Below are positions 1-13,619 of a DNA stretch of 64,000 bases, piece after piece (the stretch's first letter is position 1; each line of letters opens with the position of its first letter). Source of the DNA: Yuukianura sp. NJ FZ-2021 (Eukaryota); assembly GCA_046563655.1 (NCBI GenBank), contig CM102286.1, positions 10,354,001 through 10,418,000 of the forward strand, in the 5' to 3' direction. A model generated the notes under the pieces. It saw nothing but the letters and a program-made list of their open reading frames with translations. It had not been told where the DNA came from and ran no database searches. The translations under genes were made by a program, and so were the position numbers.

Positions 1-61
1 TATGTGGTTTTGAGACTGCGGCTTATGCGCGAGAGCGGCTTATCTGCGAGAAAATACGGTA
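1..61. mobile_element. Right end of a pogo/Tigger-like (Tc1/mariner superfamily) element, truncated by the window edge
   Basis: Repeated GCGGCTTAT subterminal motifs ending in GAAAATACGG followed by TA; a similar end (AAATACGG-TA) is seen at about 47712-47722 next to a pogo remnant. Confidence 0.5.
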
Positions 62-487
62 CATGTGCCCTAGTACCTAGTGGGGTTTTCTGCATCTGGT
101 TTTTTACATTGAAGCAACACTACAACGTTGCCAGCTCGAATTCGTTAGTTCGACACCAATCGTTAGGGGGAGTCGTTGCTTAAGGTTGGTGGGGACACAT
201 TTGTCCCCACCAAGTGGGGACACTGGGTGGGGACAATGGAAGCAGCGCGAAAATTTGAACGGGTGGGGACAATCATGTCTCTCAAGTTTACTTCAACCGT
301 TTTTTTCCTTTCAAATTGTAACAATTGCGTGAAATAAGTACAAAGTTGTGTGGTACTGTTGTTATTGAAGAGAACGAGAGTACAATCGGATAACGATCTC
401 CCCTCATAGTCGACGAATTCCTGGCGACTTGCGGTGGTGAACTATATAATCTTGGATTTAGGATTTGGATCGGTTATAGTCCCGTTT

Positions 488-3044
488 TATGGAGGGATTC
501 TGGTGGCTAAATTATTTTAAATTTTCGCGCGTTAAAAAACGTTTCGCGCATTAAAAACGACAGTTTCCGCCAATTAAAACAATGCGCGAAAACTCTTTTT
601 AATTGGCGGAACGTTTATTGCAGAAAAAGTAAATTGCAGGAAAAAATCAATTGCAGTAACTCTATTGCAGTAAAAACTCGTTTTTTTACCATTTCAAAAT
701 TTGTCTTTTACCATTTAAAATTTTGCCATTTACCATTTAAAGTTTTGTCATTTACCATTTAAAAGCTTGTTTTTTACCATTTAAAAATTTTGTTATTTAC
801 CATTTAAACTTGTTTTTTACCATTTCAAACTTTTGTAATTTACCATTTAAAAACTTGTTTTTTACCATTTCAAAATTTTGTAATTTACCATTTCAGTTTT
901 GTATTTTACCATTTCAAAATTTTGTAATTTACCATTTCAGTTTTGTATTTTGCCATTTCAAAATTTTGTAATTTACCATTTCAGTTCTGGATTTTACCAT
1001 TTCAACTCTTGTCTTTTACCATTTCAAAGTTTGTCATTTAAAATCTTGTTTTTCGCCAATTGATTGCACTAAAAGTCCCATATGGCCTAGGTACCCGTGC
1101 GCAGATGGGCAAATAAATTATTCCTGATTTTAATCGTTTAAGTTATATTAAGTACATCATAAATATAAGAATAATTTACTAAAATTAATGCTCAATTTTT
1201 GAATTAATTAAGTTAATACTTAAGGCGCCTTAGTGTTATTAAAAACAATGCTGGACTGTTTAGCAGTTTGAACTTGGACAATTTTACATTGACAAGACAA
1301 GGAGGAAGGCATTAGCCGGTTGAAGTAAGGTTTAACAAGAGTAAGTGTAGACACTAATTGTAGCCGCATGCGGCTACGTTGCGTAGCTACAATGGCTATG
1401 TTTCTGTGGCAACATTAATAGGTAAGTGTGGGAAAATTTGCCTTGTCGTCGCTCTGTTCCACACGCGTATGCTAAAGTAAACTGGCAACATATTTTTCAA
1501 ATTCCCTTTAATTAAGTGTGTAATATTTAATCCATTGAATTTGTTTTTCCTTTCCCGCGCCTTAGGCGCGATGTTAGTTACTAATCTTATCATAGTGCTT
1601 ACAGTTATTTGAAGTTGGAGTTCGTGAAATTACCCGTAGTCCCGGAATTCATGGGTGACTTGCTTGGGCGGCGACAGTTTCCGAATTCGATTCCCCCCCA
1701 CCTAAGGTGCGGTGTTAGGTAATAGGAATAGGGAAAGTGAATTCAATGAACGAAACAGTACAGGAAACACATCTATAGGGTAGGCTTCTATGGCGTTTCA
1801 TTCATTGAATTCCCTTTTCTTTTTCCACGACCAAGGCACGGTGTTAGGTTATTTTAGTTTGTCTCTTTTAGAAGAGTCACTTCAAATTGACCTTTAATGC
1901 CCAGTTCGTCCATTGCAGGTTAAGTTTTAACGGAGTTTAAATATTTAACCGGAGATTAAAAAATTTAACTGGAGAAAATCGGCCGGTTAAATTTAACCGG
2001 ACTTTAACCGGCGGAGGAATACAAGAATTTTGATACCTTGCATGTCAAAATTAATTGACGCATAATTAAGTTAATTGAGTTTAAAGGTGGAACTAGTTTG
2101 CACTAAACTCCGTTTAACTTTAACCTGCAATGGTAGAACTGGCCATAAGACAGAAATTATCAATTGAGAAATTTAAATTTTGAATTTCGTGGTGTTACAT
2201 TTAGGTCGTTAAACTTTACTTCAACCGGCAATTGACTTCGTCCTTGTAAATGTTCAAGTTCAAAATGGTGAACAGTCCAGCATTGTTTTTAATAACACTA
2301 AGGCGCCTTAAATGTTAACCTAATTAATTCAAAAAATTAAGCATTAATTTTAGTAAATTATTCTTATATTTATGATGTACTTAATATAACTTAAACGATT
2401 AAAATCAGGAATAATTTATTTGCCCATCTGCGCACGGGTACCTAGGCCATATGGGACTTTTAGTGCAATCAATTGGCGAAAAACAAGATTTTAAATGACA
2501 AACTTTGAAATGGTAAAAGACAAGAGTTGAAACGGTAAAATCCAGAACTGAAATGGTAAATTACAAAATTTTGAAATGGCAAAATACAAAACTGAAATGG
2601 TAAATTACAAAATTTTGAAATGGTAAAATACAAAACTGAAATGGTAAATTACAAAATTTTGAAATGGTAAAAAACAAGTTTTTAAATGGTAAATTACAAA
2701 AGTTTGAAATGGTAAAAAACAAGTTTAAATGGTAAATAACAAAATTTTTAAATGGTAAAAAACAAGCTTTTAAATGGTAAATGACAAAACTTTAAATGGT
2801 AAATGGCAAAATTTTAAATGGTAAAAGACAAATTTTGAAATGGTAAAAAAACGAGTTTTTACTGCAATAGAGTTACTGCAATTGAATTTTTCCTGCAATT
2901 TACTTTTTCTGCAATAAACGTTCCGCCAATTAAAAAGAGTTTTCGCGCATTGTTTTAATTGGCGGAAACTGTCGTTTTTAATGCGAGAAACGTTTTTTAA
3001 CGCGCGAAAATTTAAAATAATTTAGCCACCAGAATCCCTCCATA
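488..3044. mobile_element. Foldback-type non-autonomous DNA transposon with ~850-bp inverted arms
   Basis: 488-~1260 is the near-perfect reverse complement of ~2271-3044, extending with mismatches to ~1340/~2205. Arms contain arrays of ~22-bp TTTACCATTT-based subrepeats (~680-1050, mirrored ~2490-2850). Direct repeat CCGTTT at 482-487 and 3045-3050 flanks the element. No transposase ORF. Confidence 0.85.
1898..2145. mobile_element. PIF/Harbinger (Tourist-like) MITE nested in the foldback spacer
   Basis: About 45-bp imperfect TIRs (TGCCCAGTTCGTCCATTGCAGGTTAAG... / ...TTAACCTGCAATGGTAGAACTGGCCA) flanked by TAA at 1895-1897 and 2146-2148. Confidence 0.7.
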
Positions 3045-3437
3045 CCGTTTCCCGTATCCCGTCTCTTGTCCAGTACCCACCGCCACCACACGACACAGCC
3101 ATCAGTGACCAACCGGTTAGTCGCAGTCACAGTTCCCAACTGTCAGTAGGGGGTCACGTTTCTTCGACTGTTGTACAACATTCATTGTCGAGGATAAGTT
3201 AATCAGCTGAGTTGTTACCGTTATCCAGCTGATCGGTGTTGTTTATGCTCATTGAGCCTTTGATTTGAACGTACAGGTACTTATATTTACTTCTCCGAGT
3301 TATCATTACCTCACCTAATTATTATTTTTTCTACTTTAGCTTTTTCTTTACATTTTCAGCTCGACGGTTAAGCTAGAAGTGCTCACGAAGTATTTAGTTC
3401 ATTACTATTCGAGTCATCGCCCTTCCAAGCCGCAAAA

Positions 3438-4301
3438 ATGGGTGACGACCTGGTCCTTGACCCAGACATTCGTATGTACGTATTTGTACCAATCGTGATC
3501 ATCACGTTCTTGGTGGGAATCATTCGGCACTATGTGTCAATGCTACTCTCAACGCAGAAGAAAGTCGACGCTATTCAAGTCCAAGACAGCCAAGTTATGA
3601 TTCGAGCACGAATGCTCCGCGAAAACGGGAGATACTTACCCGAGCATAGCTATCAAATGAGAAGAGCATTCTTCAACGACGAGGACACGGGTTACTTCAA
3701 GACGCAAAAGCGACAAGCAGCCCAGCAAAATCCAATGACGGATCCAAGCATGATGACAGAGATGCTAAAGGGCAATTTAACGAACGTCCTCCCTATGATT
3801 GTTATTGGAGGATGGATCAACTGGACATTTTCGGGCTTCGTCACTACCAGAGGTATTCAAGCTACCAATACTTAAGTTAAAAATGTTAAACTTAAATTAA
3901 TGTTAATATCTGAAATTTTTTGGGTGAGATCGAGATGAATTGAATTAATAATTAGTTATTTATTTTCAGTTCCATTTCCTCTAACTCTGCGTTTCAAACC
4001 TATGCTTCAGCGCGGTGTGGAGTTGCAGAGTTTGGATGCATCCTGGGTATCATCAGCGTCATGGTATTTCCTCAATGTCTTTGGACTTCGAAGCATATAC
4101 ACACTTGTGCTAGGCGAAAACAATGCTGCAGATCAGTCACGCGTGATGCAGGACCAAATGTCGGGTGCTGCAATGTCAATGCCACCAGATCCAAAAGCTG
4201 CATTTAAAGCTGAATGGGAAGCGCTGGAATGTGCTAAGCATATATGGGTCCTCAAACATGCTGAAAAGAATTTAGCTGCTTCAATTTCAAAAATAGATTG
4301 A
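3438..4301 (+). CDS. EMC3: ER membrane protein complex subunit 3; coding exons 3438-3852 and 3970-4301
   Basis: Conserved motifs [35 protein letters not shown] and [23 protein letters not shown]. The GT-AG intron 3853-3969 restores [17 protein letters not shown]. Confidence 0.97.
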
Positions 4302-4810
4302 TAAACTCAATTGCTATATGTAATTTCGTAATTTCAAAAGTCCTAAATACAAAGAGTAATGATGTTCGTTGGCAAATGGAAGGTTTATAGCAAGTACATT
4401 TTATTTTATAAGATCGAACATTCTTCAGTTAATACAGAGTAGGGAATCTCAGCTTTCTTTTAAAGTCAGTCGAATAGTTTGTGTTTTGCGTATAAATTGA
4501 AATCGTAGCGTGAAGATTCAGTTTGGAGGGAAATAGTTTGTAAAGAATTTTCTCAGAAGAAATACAGCAAATTCATGAAAACAAAAGTAGTTCCACTCGA
4601 AAGTGTCTAAGAAAATGACAAAATAAAATTATCGTTAACTACATGTTGTTGGACTGTGTTACGGGAGCGGGATATTTCGATCATAAACTAATAGTCACCT
4701 TAGAAAATCACAGTGAAATGCTTAAATTAAGTTATGGTTGTGCAGTGGAATGTCATTGTAGCATCAGCACGAACTTTGATGAGTGGCATCTTCAACTAAC
4801 TTCTCCATGT

Positions 4811-7800
4811 TCAAATACTGTTGGTTTGTCCAGATCCTGAATCCATTCCTTCTATAATAGCATCAGCACTCTTTTCACTATCAGTGGAGGGGACGATGTT
4901 GGCTTCTTTTAGATTCTCGCTTCCGGTTCCGCTTCCAACTGAACTCGATTGATGAATCCAGTGATGAGAGTAGGAATCAATATGATATTTCAGAGTTCCC
5001 AATTCTGTCTCCGCCTATAACAACGAAATTAAACTAGGTAACTGAAAATAAAAGTACTCTACTAAGCTTTAGCAATAAGTGAAGTTCATGAATCGAATCA
5101 TGAGACCAAATGTGTTACATTGTAAAACACTCCGGGAATAATATTCACAAGTGCAGTGCAGGACGTACCTGTTTTAGTATTTTCAAAGCTGACAAAAGAA
5201 TATCATGCCATTTCTGTAACTCAAATCGATGCAAAACTTCTTGCTTCTGCAAAAGTTCCAGCCACTCCTGATGACTTAATTGAGTTCCCCTGAAACGATA
5301 ACAGTTGGTTTGGTGAGTACATTCATAATAATAAGTATTATTTAGCATTGCCCAATTATAATTCCAGTAGACAGTTTAGCGGTGTGAGTTAGGTTCCATG
5401 CCATTGGTTCGATTGAATGGGGGCAAAACCAAATGGTTCAAAAAATTAGTTTAATAAGCTAACCTAAAATACTCATTGAACCTGAACCTAATATTTTTGA
5501 ACCATTTCAGCTCTTGAGCCAATTCAAATTTGAACTAATGACGTGCTTCCGTGAGTTATACCTGTTGACAATTGGTGGCACCGTAAAAAACGTATTAGAT
5601 CCAGCACTTGTTTCCAGCCTTGTAAGTTTAATATAGAGAAACGCGTTGAGCACAAGAAGACTAGCGAGTACTGCAAGAATCACTTTCAAAATAACAGCGT
5701 TGTCCAGTGACAAAACGGATGTTTCTGCCGTAGCTGTTATTCTGTCACCAACGAGAGGAACTGGCGGCAAATTGACTGTAAAACATATAATTTTCAGTAT
5801 TATAGAATTTTAACATTTCAACATTTGCGCTGTATGGGATTGCCATACCATCCGCATCAGTTATCAATGGAACGCCAGTAGGAATACCGGGAGCTGGACC
5901 TTTCTTTCTAAGCGCACGTCGGCGTATTTGCGGTTTCCCTCTTGGAGATGGTGGTGGAGAAACGGCGACAGCAGTGGTTGAGCATTCCTCTTTCAAACTT
6001 CTTTCCAGACTAGAGTAAAATTCATCGATACCTGCCCAACTATTCTTTTCGATAAATGCTGTAATGATTAAGAAGTTTAGGTTTAGACTTTAGGTTTAGG
6101 AACTAGAAATAATATGCTGGACGAAATGAATACATCTTACACTTCGTAAGGCCCCAAATAGACTTTCTGAATCTCAATTGAGCGACGATAATAAGGCGGG
6201 ACTGGTTGGCAGCGACACGAGACATGCAAAAATGACACGTTACGTAGAAAGCGTCAGCGTAAGGAATACCAGCATTATTTGATTCCACATCCACGGCATA
6301 GAAATACCCAGGTTTACTTTCCGGTAATAAAATCTGCAGGGACAAAGACAGAAGATAAACTAACAAACAAACCCAAGCCATGGAAAATGTCTTATTAACC
6401 TGAGACTGTGTAACTTGAGAGTGCTTAGGACCCATTCGTTGATTCAGTGTCACTGTGAATGAAACCTGACGAGACGTTTTGCCATCTTTCTCCTGCCATT
6501 CCTCTGGTATGATATCTGAGCAAAATCGATTGAATTAATCATGCGAACATTTCATCATGCTATTCGAAGGAAACATTTTACAATTATTTACCGAATGTCT
6601 TCCGCATCGTGTGAAATTCTAAATAGAATTTGGAGTTCGTGAACAGCATTGTGAAGAGTGTGTTCACATCGCATGGAATGATTGTGTCTACCACAGTTTT
6701 TCCGTCGTCGTGTGGTGCTGGACAAACTGGAATAGGTGTAACACTTAAATCGTCAGGTACATGCACCTCTTCTTCGGAATCGCTCGTGTCGCTAAGATCC
6801 GTCGGATGGAGGTCAATATTTCCGGCGCCATTTACCAAACCACTCCCACCATTTACAACGACCGGGACATTGTCGGCAGTAGGAGTCAATCCAGACGGAT
6901 CCAAAAGTTGTTCTTGAAAGTCCAAGGTTCCGGGACAGCCCTGCAAGAGAATAAATAAAATCAGGTTAATGTAATCGTTATTTTACAAATACAAATGAAA
7001 CAGTTAACCATTTTAGAATTGCATTGCTGGATCCAGAATCTAAATTAACCACTTTTCACAACTAAACACACCGAGTATAAAACCGGCGATCTCTTCAGTT
7101 GTTGTGCTTTGCACGGGCTACATCTACGTTTTAAAAATTTTGGGTAAGTTATAATACGTATATAATATGTTTTTAATGTTTTTCCTAAAATACTAAATCA
7201 CTAGCAAAGAGAGTAATGTCCCTGTGTTAAATACTTGGTTGCCCATCAATCGATAAAATGCCTATAAACATGAATTTTTTAGTGTCCACAGAAGGAGCTT
7301 CCTAGAACTCAACACTAGACAATGGATGAAATTAGGCAAGTTGCAGTGCCTCAACGAAGAAATGAGAGGTGACTTCATTAAGTCAAGAACGCCACTTATT
7401 AAATCTCATCAACAACCTCGTATACCTTGGCCTGATGTTGCGCTGACATGCCAAAAAGAACAGAAAACTAACAGGCCATTTTGTAAAAACAAAAATCAAA
7501 TGTAAATGGATCAACTTTGTTAAATACCGCAACATTAAATTAATAGCGATCAAGATTTAGAAAAGAGCGGCACAGAAGATTTGGAAACAAGTTGAAGAAT
7601 ATATCTTCTGGAAATGGAGAACTCAAATTCCTTAGTTGCAAATCTTCAAAATCTTTAACTACACAACTGTTTGTCGCATTCTTTTTTCGATCGGGAGGAT
7701 GTAAAATAAGTTGATGAGGCATTCCTTGACCTTAATAGCAGCCATATTCGAAATGTTGGTTTCCTTTATCCAATCTGACACTGACTGCATCTTCTCGTTT

Positions 7801-10772
7801 TCACTTGATAGAAATCGTGTCGAGTCTGGGCAGTCCACAAAGTCACTGTTGTGCTTGTGCAGTTGGGATGGAATTCCTAGCAGATCTGAATTTAGTTGAT
7901 GAAATGCGCTTTCTAATAAGCTTAACCCATTGCTATTCACAGGCAACTTTAGACGAATGTCCTTTTCCGAAGATGGGCTATCCATCGGTGTCTTTACTCC
8001 TGTTTCGAATGACAGCGAACCTGGCTCTTTTCGATTTTGAAATGAAGAATCCATTATTAATCGGTTTTTCACTTTTCAAGGGCAGTAATTGTAAGACTTA
8101 AAAAGTATTACTCGAATATAAAAGACTTAAAATGCTTTTAAGCTTTTAAGTATATAATTCAGAGGTATTCTTCATTTATAGCTATTCGGAGCATTCGGAA
8201 ATTTAAATTTAGCTATTATTCGGAAATAAGGGAAGCCACAATTAAAGTTTATCCACCACAACGAACCGAATACACTAAAATAAAACTCTGTTAAAATAAA
8301 TCCCACAAAACTTCACGAAAGTTGCGTTTGATACTATTAAGATTTCCTCGTAGTAACTGATATTTGGTTTCGTTTTAAGTGTAGGTTCATGCAATTCCTT
8401 TTCCTACTGAATTTATAAACCCTATGCTAAAACGGATGACAACTTATGCTTTAATTATAATTTCCATAACTAGCATAAATGCGGCGTGACACACTGACAC
8501 TATATACATCCTTACACGCTTTACATGCTGAAACAAGCTCGAATATTTTTCTGACGTAATGAGATGCTCCAGTTTTCAATGCCACTTGTTGGATTAACGT
8601 TGAAAGGGAAAGGGAATTTAGCAACAGGTTTGTGGAAAAGTTATGAATATGCGCTGATGCTGCAGTTGAAACTGAATTGTACTCCAACTATTAATAGCTA
8701 ATAGTTAGATGATAATTATCGGGTTATCCAAACGCAAACCTTCTTTTTTTTTCTAGTAGAACATGGATGAAAAACACGCTTATGATCTCATTAATTACAA
8801 AAATTTAATATTACCTAAAACAAAAGAAGTCGGCGTCCTGATTTCGTACGTTAAAAAATCCAAACGAAAACAGTAGTATTTGGAAAACTTAACGGCTGAG
8901 TGCTTGTTGTTCTGTTATCAAACATGAAAATTTCGCTGCCATTATTAGGAACAAAAGGTAAAGTAAATACCTGCTGAACACTACGAGTTCGTTTCTCGCA
9001 ATTATAAAATGTAGCTTCCAACACCTCGTGATGATGATGCTGATGCTCGCCGCAGATACAAAGAGATAAACCTCGACGCTAAGATGTTTTAGCTTACCTT
9101 ATTAAATACCGTACCGCTTTTAAACCACTCTGTATAGGTTTAGGTTTCGGTATTAAGGTTTTAAGTCATAATTCTAATATGATGGTGAAATAGATATACC
9201 TGTTCAACGGACACGAAGCCCATATCCCCAGGTTTCAATGTCGACAGCCTGGAGGACGCTGCGATTATTGAACCTGGTGAGCTGAGCGATAGACAATCCT
9301 CGGTGGTTTCTTCATCTTCTTCGCTGTCAATTTCCACTTCCCCATAACACTCATGAACCAGCTTCCAAATCTCCTTCGGCGGCATATTCTGAGAATAAAC
9401 ATTATAAATCAATGAACCATATTCTGCATAGTGCATACGAGAAAAAGACGTAGATGAGAAAGTGACGCCATTTTATGTCTAAGTCATAAACGTGAAAAAA
9501 AAACATGAAGACACTTCGACCGCACAATACAAATTTCAGTGTTAAATGCAGCCTCACCTGATCACACAGGGCCGTCTGCCATAACTTGAATAGCATCAAG
9601 AACGTGGAATCTCGATTCACGAAAGTTGCAAAAAAGTATTTGTCGGTCTCAGTCGTAATTTGCACAGCGTTTGGAACTGAAACGTAAGTAGAATGTTACA
9701 TTTATAAAACAACTAAGATGCCGAATTGGAGGAGGTTATATTCAATGTTATATTTAAGGAGGCTGACATACTGACAAGGGCCGTGTTTTCCTTTGTTATC
9801 GCTAAAATGTCCTTGAATTTTATACTGATCGTTGTCTGCCATCCGAAGATGTTGGCATAAAACGAAACGTATTTCTGCGAAATGTACATCCGCCCTTGTA
9901 AGAGAATCTCTTTTTGCATGGCACAAGAGTAATCTACGGCAGAAAAATAAAACTTATGAGCCATTGAAGGAGTAGCACATTCGTGTTTGCTTTAATTTCT
10001 ACTTACCGACAATGAGTCGCTCATCAGCGGGTAGGTCTTTGAAATACTTCCTGAAGTCGTTGCTCCTTGTTTTATAGGATGGTGTAAAAACATGGTACCA
10101 CATTTTCTTCTTTCCTGGCTTTGTGTTATACGTACCAGGCTGAGGATTCAGTATTTCCTTGGTCTTAGTGTAATTACTCGAATTGTTTCCGCTGCTCACA
10201 GAACTGTTGCTTTCCCGTGAAATATTTGAATCTGTACTTTGAGTAAATTCTGATAATCTGCTCATGCTGCTTGGAGAGATAGACCCACCGGAATCTACAG
10301 GGGATGAAATCGTCACATCGATTTGACATTGGGTACTTGGAGTGGAAATGCTATCAGCCTTTTCTTTCTGTTCCAAAGCGTCAACCAAAGGAAGAGACGA
10401 TGGTTGTTTCCTTGGCTGACGACTTTCGTCCGATGCCTGACCTTGACTTTCATTTGGAAACTGGCTAGAATTCTGTGCTGCCTTATCTACTCTGAATCCA
10501 ATTTCAGATCCCACACCAGAGTCATCAATTTCGGTTTCTTGCGAAAGATTCTGTAGTGAAGCACTCGGAGTTTGAAAATCATCTGACTGCGCTTCACTGC
10601 GGCTCAAATCATCGCTACGAAAACTTTCGTCGTCCTCATCAAAGGATTTGGCAGTATCATTAATTGCCTCCGGAGGAATTTGGCGATCACTATCGGCATG
10701 AGGCAGAGGTTTCGGGTCGACCTGATTTTCACGTACGCAATCTTCACGACTTTCCGAGTTTACGTTGTGCAT
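4811..10772 (-). CDS. GRAMD1: GRAM domain-containing protein 1 / Aster (GRAM-VASt-TM sterol transfer protein), about 11 coding exons
   Basis: GRAM domain spliced from FRKYFKDLPADERLIV|DYSCAMQKEILLQGRMYISQ...FYANIFGW...ENTALV|IPNAVQI; VASt domain (LFTMLFTNSKFY, GIPYADAFYVTCHFC, FRKSIWGL); TM helix VILAVLASLLVLNAFLYIKL; C-terminal helix QKQEVLHRFELQKWHDIL. The start codon is uncertain. Confidence 0.92.
5392..5550. mobile_element. Short MITE (GG...CC ends, 8-bp TSD; Merlin/MULE-like) in a GRAMD1 intron
   Basis: Ends GGTTCCATGCCATTG / TAATGACGTGCTTCC; TSD GTGAGTTA at 5384-5391 and 5551-5558; AACCT-rich centre; same family as 22511-22757. Confidence 0.75.
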
Positions 10773-13619
10773 CCTGAATGTCTCAACGTCTTGTTTTGCC
10801 ACGATCCTTAAGCACTATGAGAAAACACGTAGCACAGCCTCCACTCTTGTGTATTACGAAAATCTGTAATAAGAGAAGACAAACAGAAAATCTTAATCAG
10901 TTAAATATTTTAAAATATGGCAAACTCCGTATACATTAAAAACAAGTAATCGATCAGTAACTTCACTTATGGTACGAACTCTTTACTTCAAAACAAGTTT
11001 CGAACTAGACGCAGATGCAAGTTTGTTTTGCCTTCATTAAAAATAATATGGTTTCTGTATTTATCGCTCATAAAATACAGCTGTCAGGTTATGGGGTTGG
11101 GGTGAACTGTGAACTGGTTGCCTATTGTTTTTGTTTGACAGGTTTTCCTTCAATTCCATAGACTTTATGCTTTACCGTCTTAAGTCAATTAAGTGAAATA
11201 TGAATCATAATCAAATTTCACATGTTTATCATCACCACAATCATTAATGGATTATGGCGAAGATTGGCAATGCCAATAAACCCTTAAACAAAAGTTCTCA
11301 AACCCATTAGTACATAATACAGGAATAGACGAATATACAGGATAACCCCAACCTAGGCTGGCAACAACTTGGGATGCCTTTCCCTAGCACAAAACGAACT
11401 GTTGGTTAATTTTGATGATAATCTAGAGCAAAAAATCACGCGCTATTTGTCAAACGTATTCGTTCATTCGTCCAAATAAATGTAACATCCAAAAAAAAAA
11501 AAAGGAAACAAGGAAAAAGAAATCACAGACCGACATGGGTAACCGAATCGTCATTAGCAATTAGTGAACCGAACCTAGTCTTCAAACCTATGGACAAATG
11601 ATAACAACTTACATTACAACATTACAACCCCACTTACTTACCTTCACTGTTAAATGAAGCCAAGATCCTGTTCACAACGTAGCATTGGTTACATACAATA
11701 AATTGACCACAGACAAAGAAAGTGAAGGAACTGTGAAATATTTAACCAATTAAGTGATGATCGATTACTGAGTGGCTGACCTTGCACCCGAGCCTGACAC
11801 GGATCACGTCCAAAATCCTTTATCCGATGATGATGAGAAGTGGACATATGCTGCAATAGCCCTTCTTATCACGAAGTGTGATGTACGATAATGAATGAAC
11901 AGCACTTACAGATGTAAACAAAGCGCGTGGATTTTATGAAACATAAAGATAGGATTGCTGCACTATTATTCAGTGACTCTTTTTCGATGAGAAGGAGGAT
12001 TTTAGTAAGTAAATGAAGAGTACCACTTACCACTACTGCCAATGCCAATTCCAAACCGAACACCAAATCACCATGAGAGGCATTTGGGCCATATCGATTC
12101 AAGTTAGTCGAGACCTGTTTACTAGGTCAAGGTTTTTTTTTTGTGGCGAACCAAACCACTTGCCAAAATTTGTAAACATTTAATTAAAGTTGTTGTAATT
12201 GATCTTCTTTAATTTTACTTACTGCATTTTGATAGTTGCCCAAATGTTATAAATTTCACCCTTTCGTTTTCTCTGTTGGTTGGGGTGGAATGGAACTCCA
12301 GTTATTGTTACCATGCACTTCAGTCGGTGGCCGCGTCGCGTTGGCCTTGGCATCATATTTGTCGCACACAAATGTAACTATCTGTTAATTTTGATTGTGT
12401 TAGAATGTAAAAAAAACTGTCGCTGTTATTTAAACCAATGAACTGTAGGCTGCGACTTTAACTGGTTTGGTGAAGTAAACTTCAGTTTAAATTCACGGCG
12501 GATACGCCGAAGATACAGTTGATGCACATTCGTGCTGCGTCAACCCGGCCGATCTGTCTTTCAATGTCAGCCACTTCAAGTTTTTTGTCTGCAAAAGTGT
12601 ACCGTACCATGTACCAACAGTATTGAATTGGTGTTCCGAATCCACCCGTTGTTGTCATTGGTACTGAACGTCAACAGAGCTATTGCTACTGCTGCCGATT
12701 GCAGAATTTATTAAATTCCAGAAGCGTAAGCGTCCGCTCCGCACGATACCAACGGTAACGGTTATTACAATATAGGGGTTAGCTGTTCACCAGCTAACTG
12801 CTGCTGTTGTGCTGTTGTTAGCACCTCATCATCATTGGTGGGAATTGGAGAAATGCATGTAATCAGTATCGGTATCCTTGGAGTTAATCAGTAGATTGCC
12901 AAGCAACGTTATGAATAATTGATGCAGTACGAGCCTTTCCATCCCGGTCTATGGTTGGGTAAGATGTATTTTGAGTCCATGAATAATTATTCCTACAATT
13001 CAATTCAATAATTATTATTAATTTCCTCAGATATCGGAGTTTGAAAAACCATTTTGATTTGAATTAAGGATGCATAGTTGAAGGATTTATACCTATTCAT
13101 CGTCTTCGGTCATCGGTGTGGAATTGAAGTTACTCACAATTCACGAATAGAGACTCAAGTTTGTGCTGGAGCGAAGTCGTTCACCGCAAGCATTCGAATA
13201 GAAACAGATGTACGTGACTCCTTTTTCAAACTTTGTCTAAATGGCGTTGCGGAAGCACAACGACAGGTATTTTATTCATCTGGATTGTAGAATTTTGTCC
13301 ATGCTTATTTTGTCGAAACCTGGCTCATGTAAACCTGCTCATTGTCGTATTTAGCTAAAGTTTCTGCATCCCTCAATTTCATTTTTGATAAAAACATTTT
13401 TTTTGTCCACTAGATAACACTGGGTATATGACGCGCCAATATTACCGAAGAATTCTCACGGAACAGTATTTTATCCAAATGTAGCATTCCTTGATAAGTG
13501 CTTCTTAAGTACCACGAGTATTCCCTCAAATATCAGGTTCATTTAAGGTCTGTTCAATACTTACAATAGGTAGTTCTTTGTCACATTTGTCAATTTTCCT
13601 TTTCATTTTTTTAAAGATA

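Noticed and set aside
186..270. Cluster of GTGGGGACA motifs
   Set aside because: Probably subterminal repeats of a decayed TE; no boundaries or function can be supported.
680..1050. Regularly spaced TTTACCATTT repeats resembling a CRISPR array
   Set aside because: Period is about 22 bp with similar rather than unique spacers, the array is mirrored in the other foldback arm, the context is eukaryotic and there are no cas genes.
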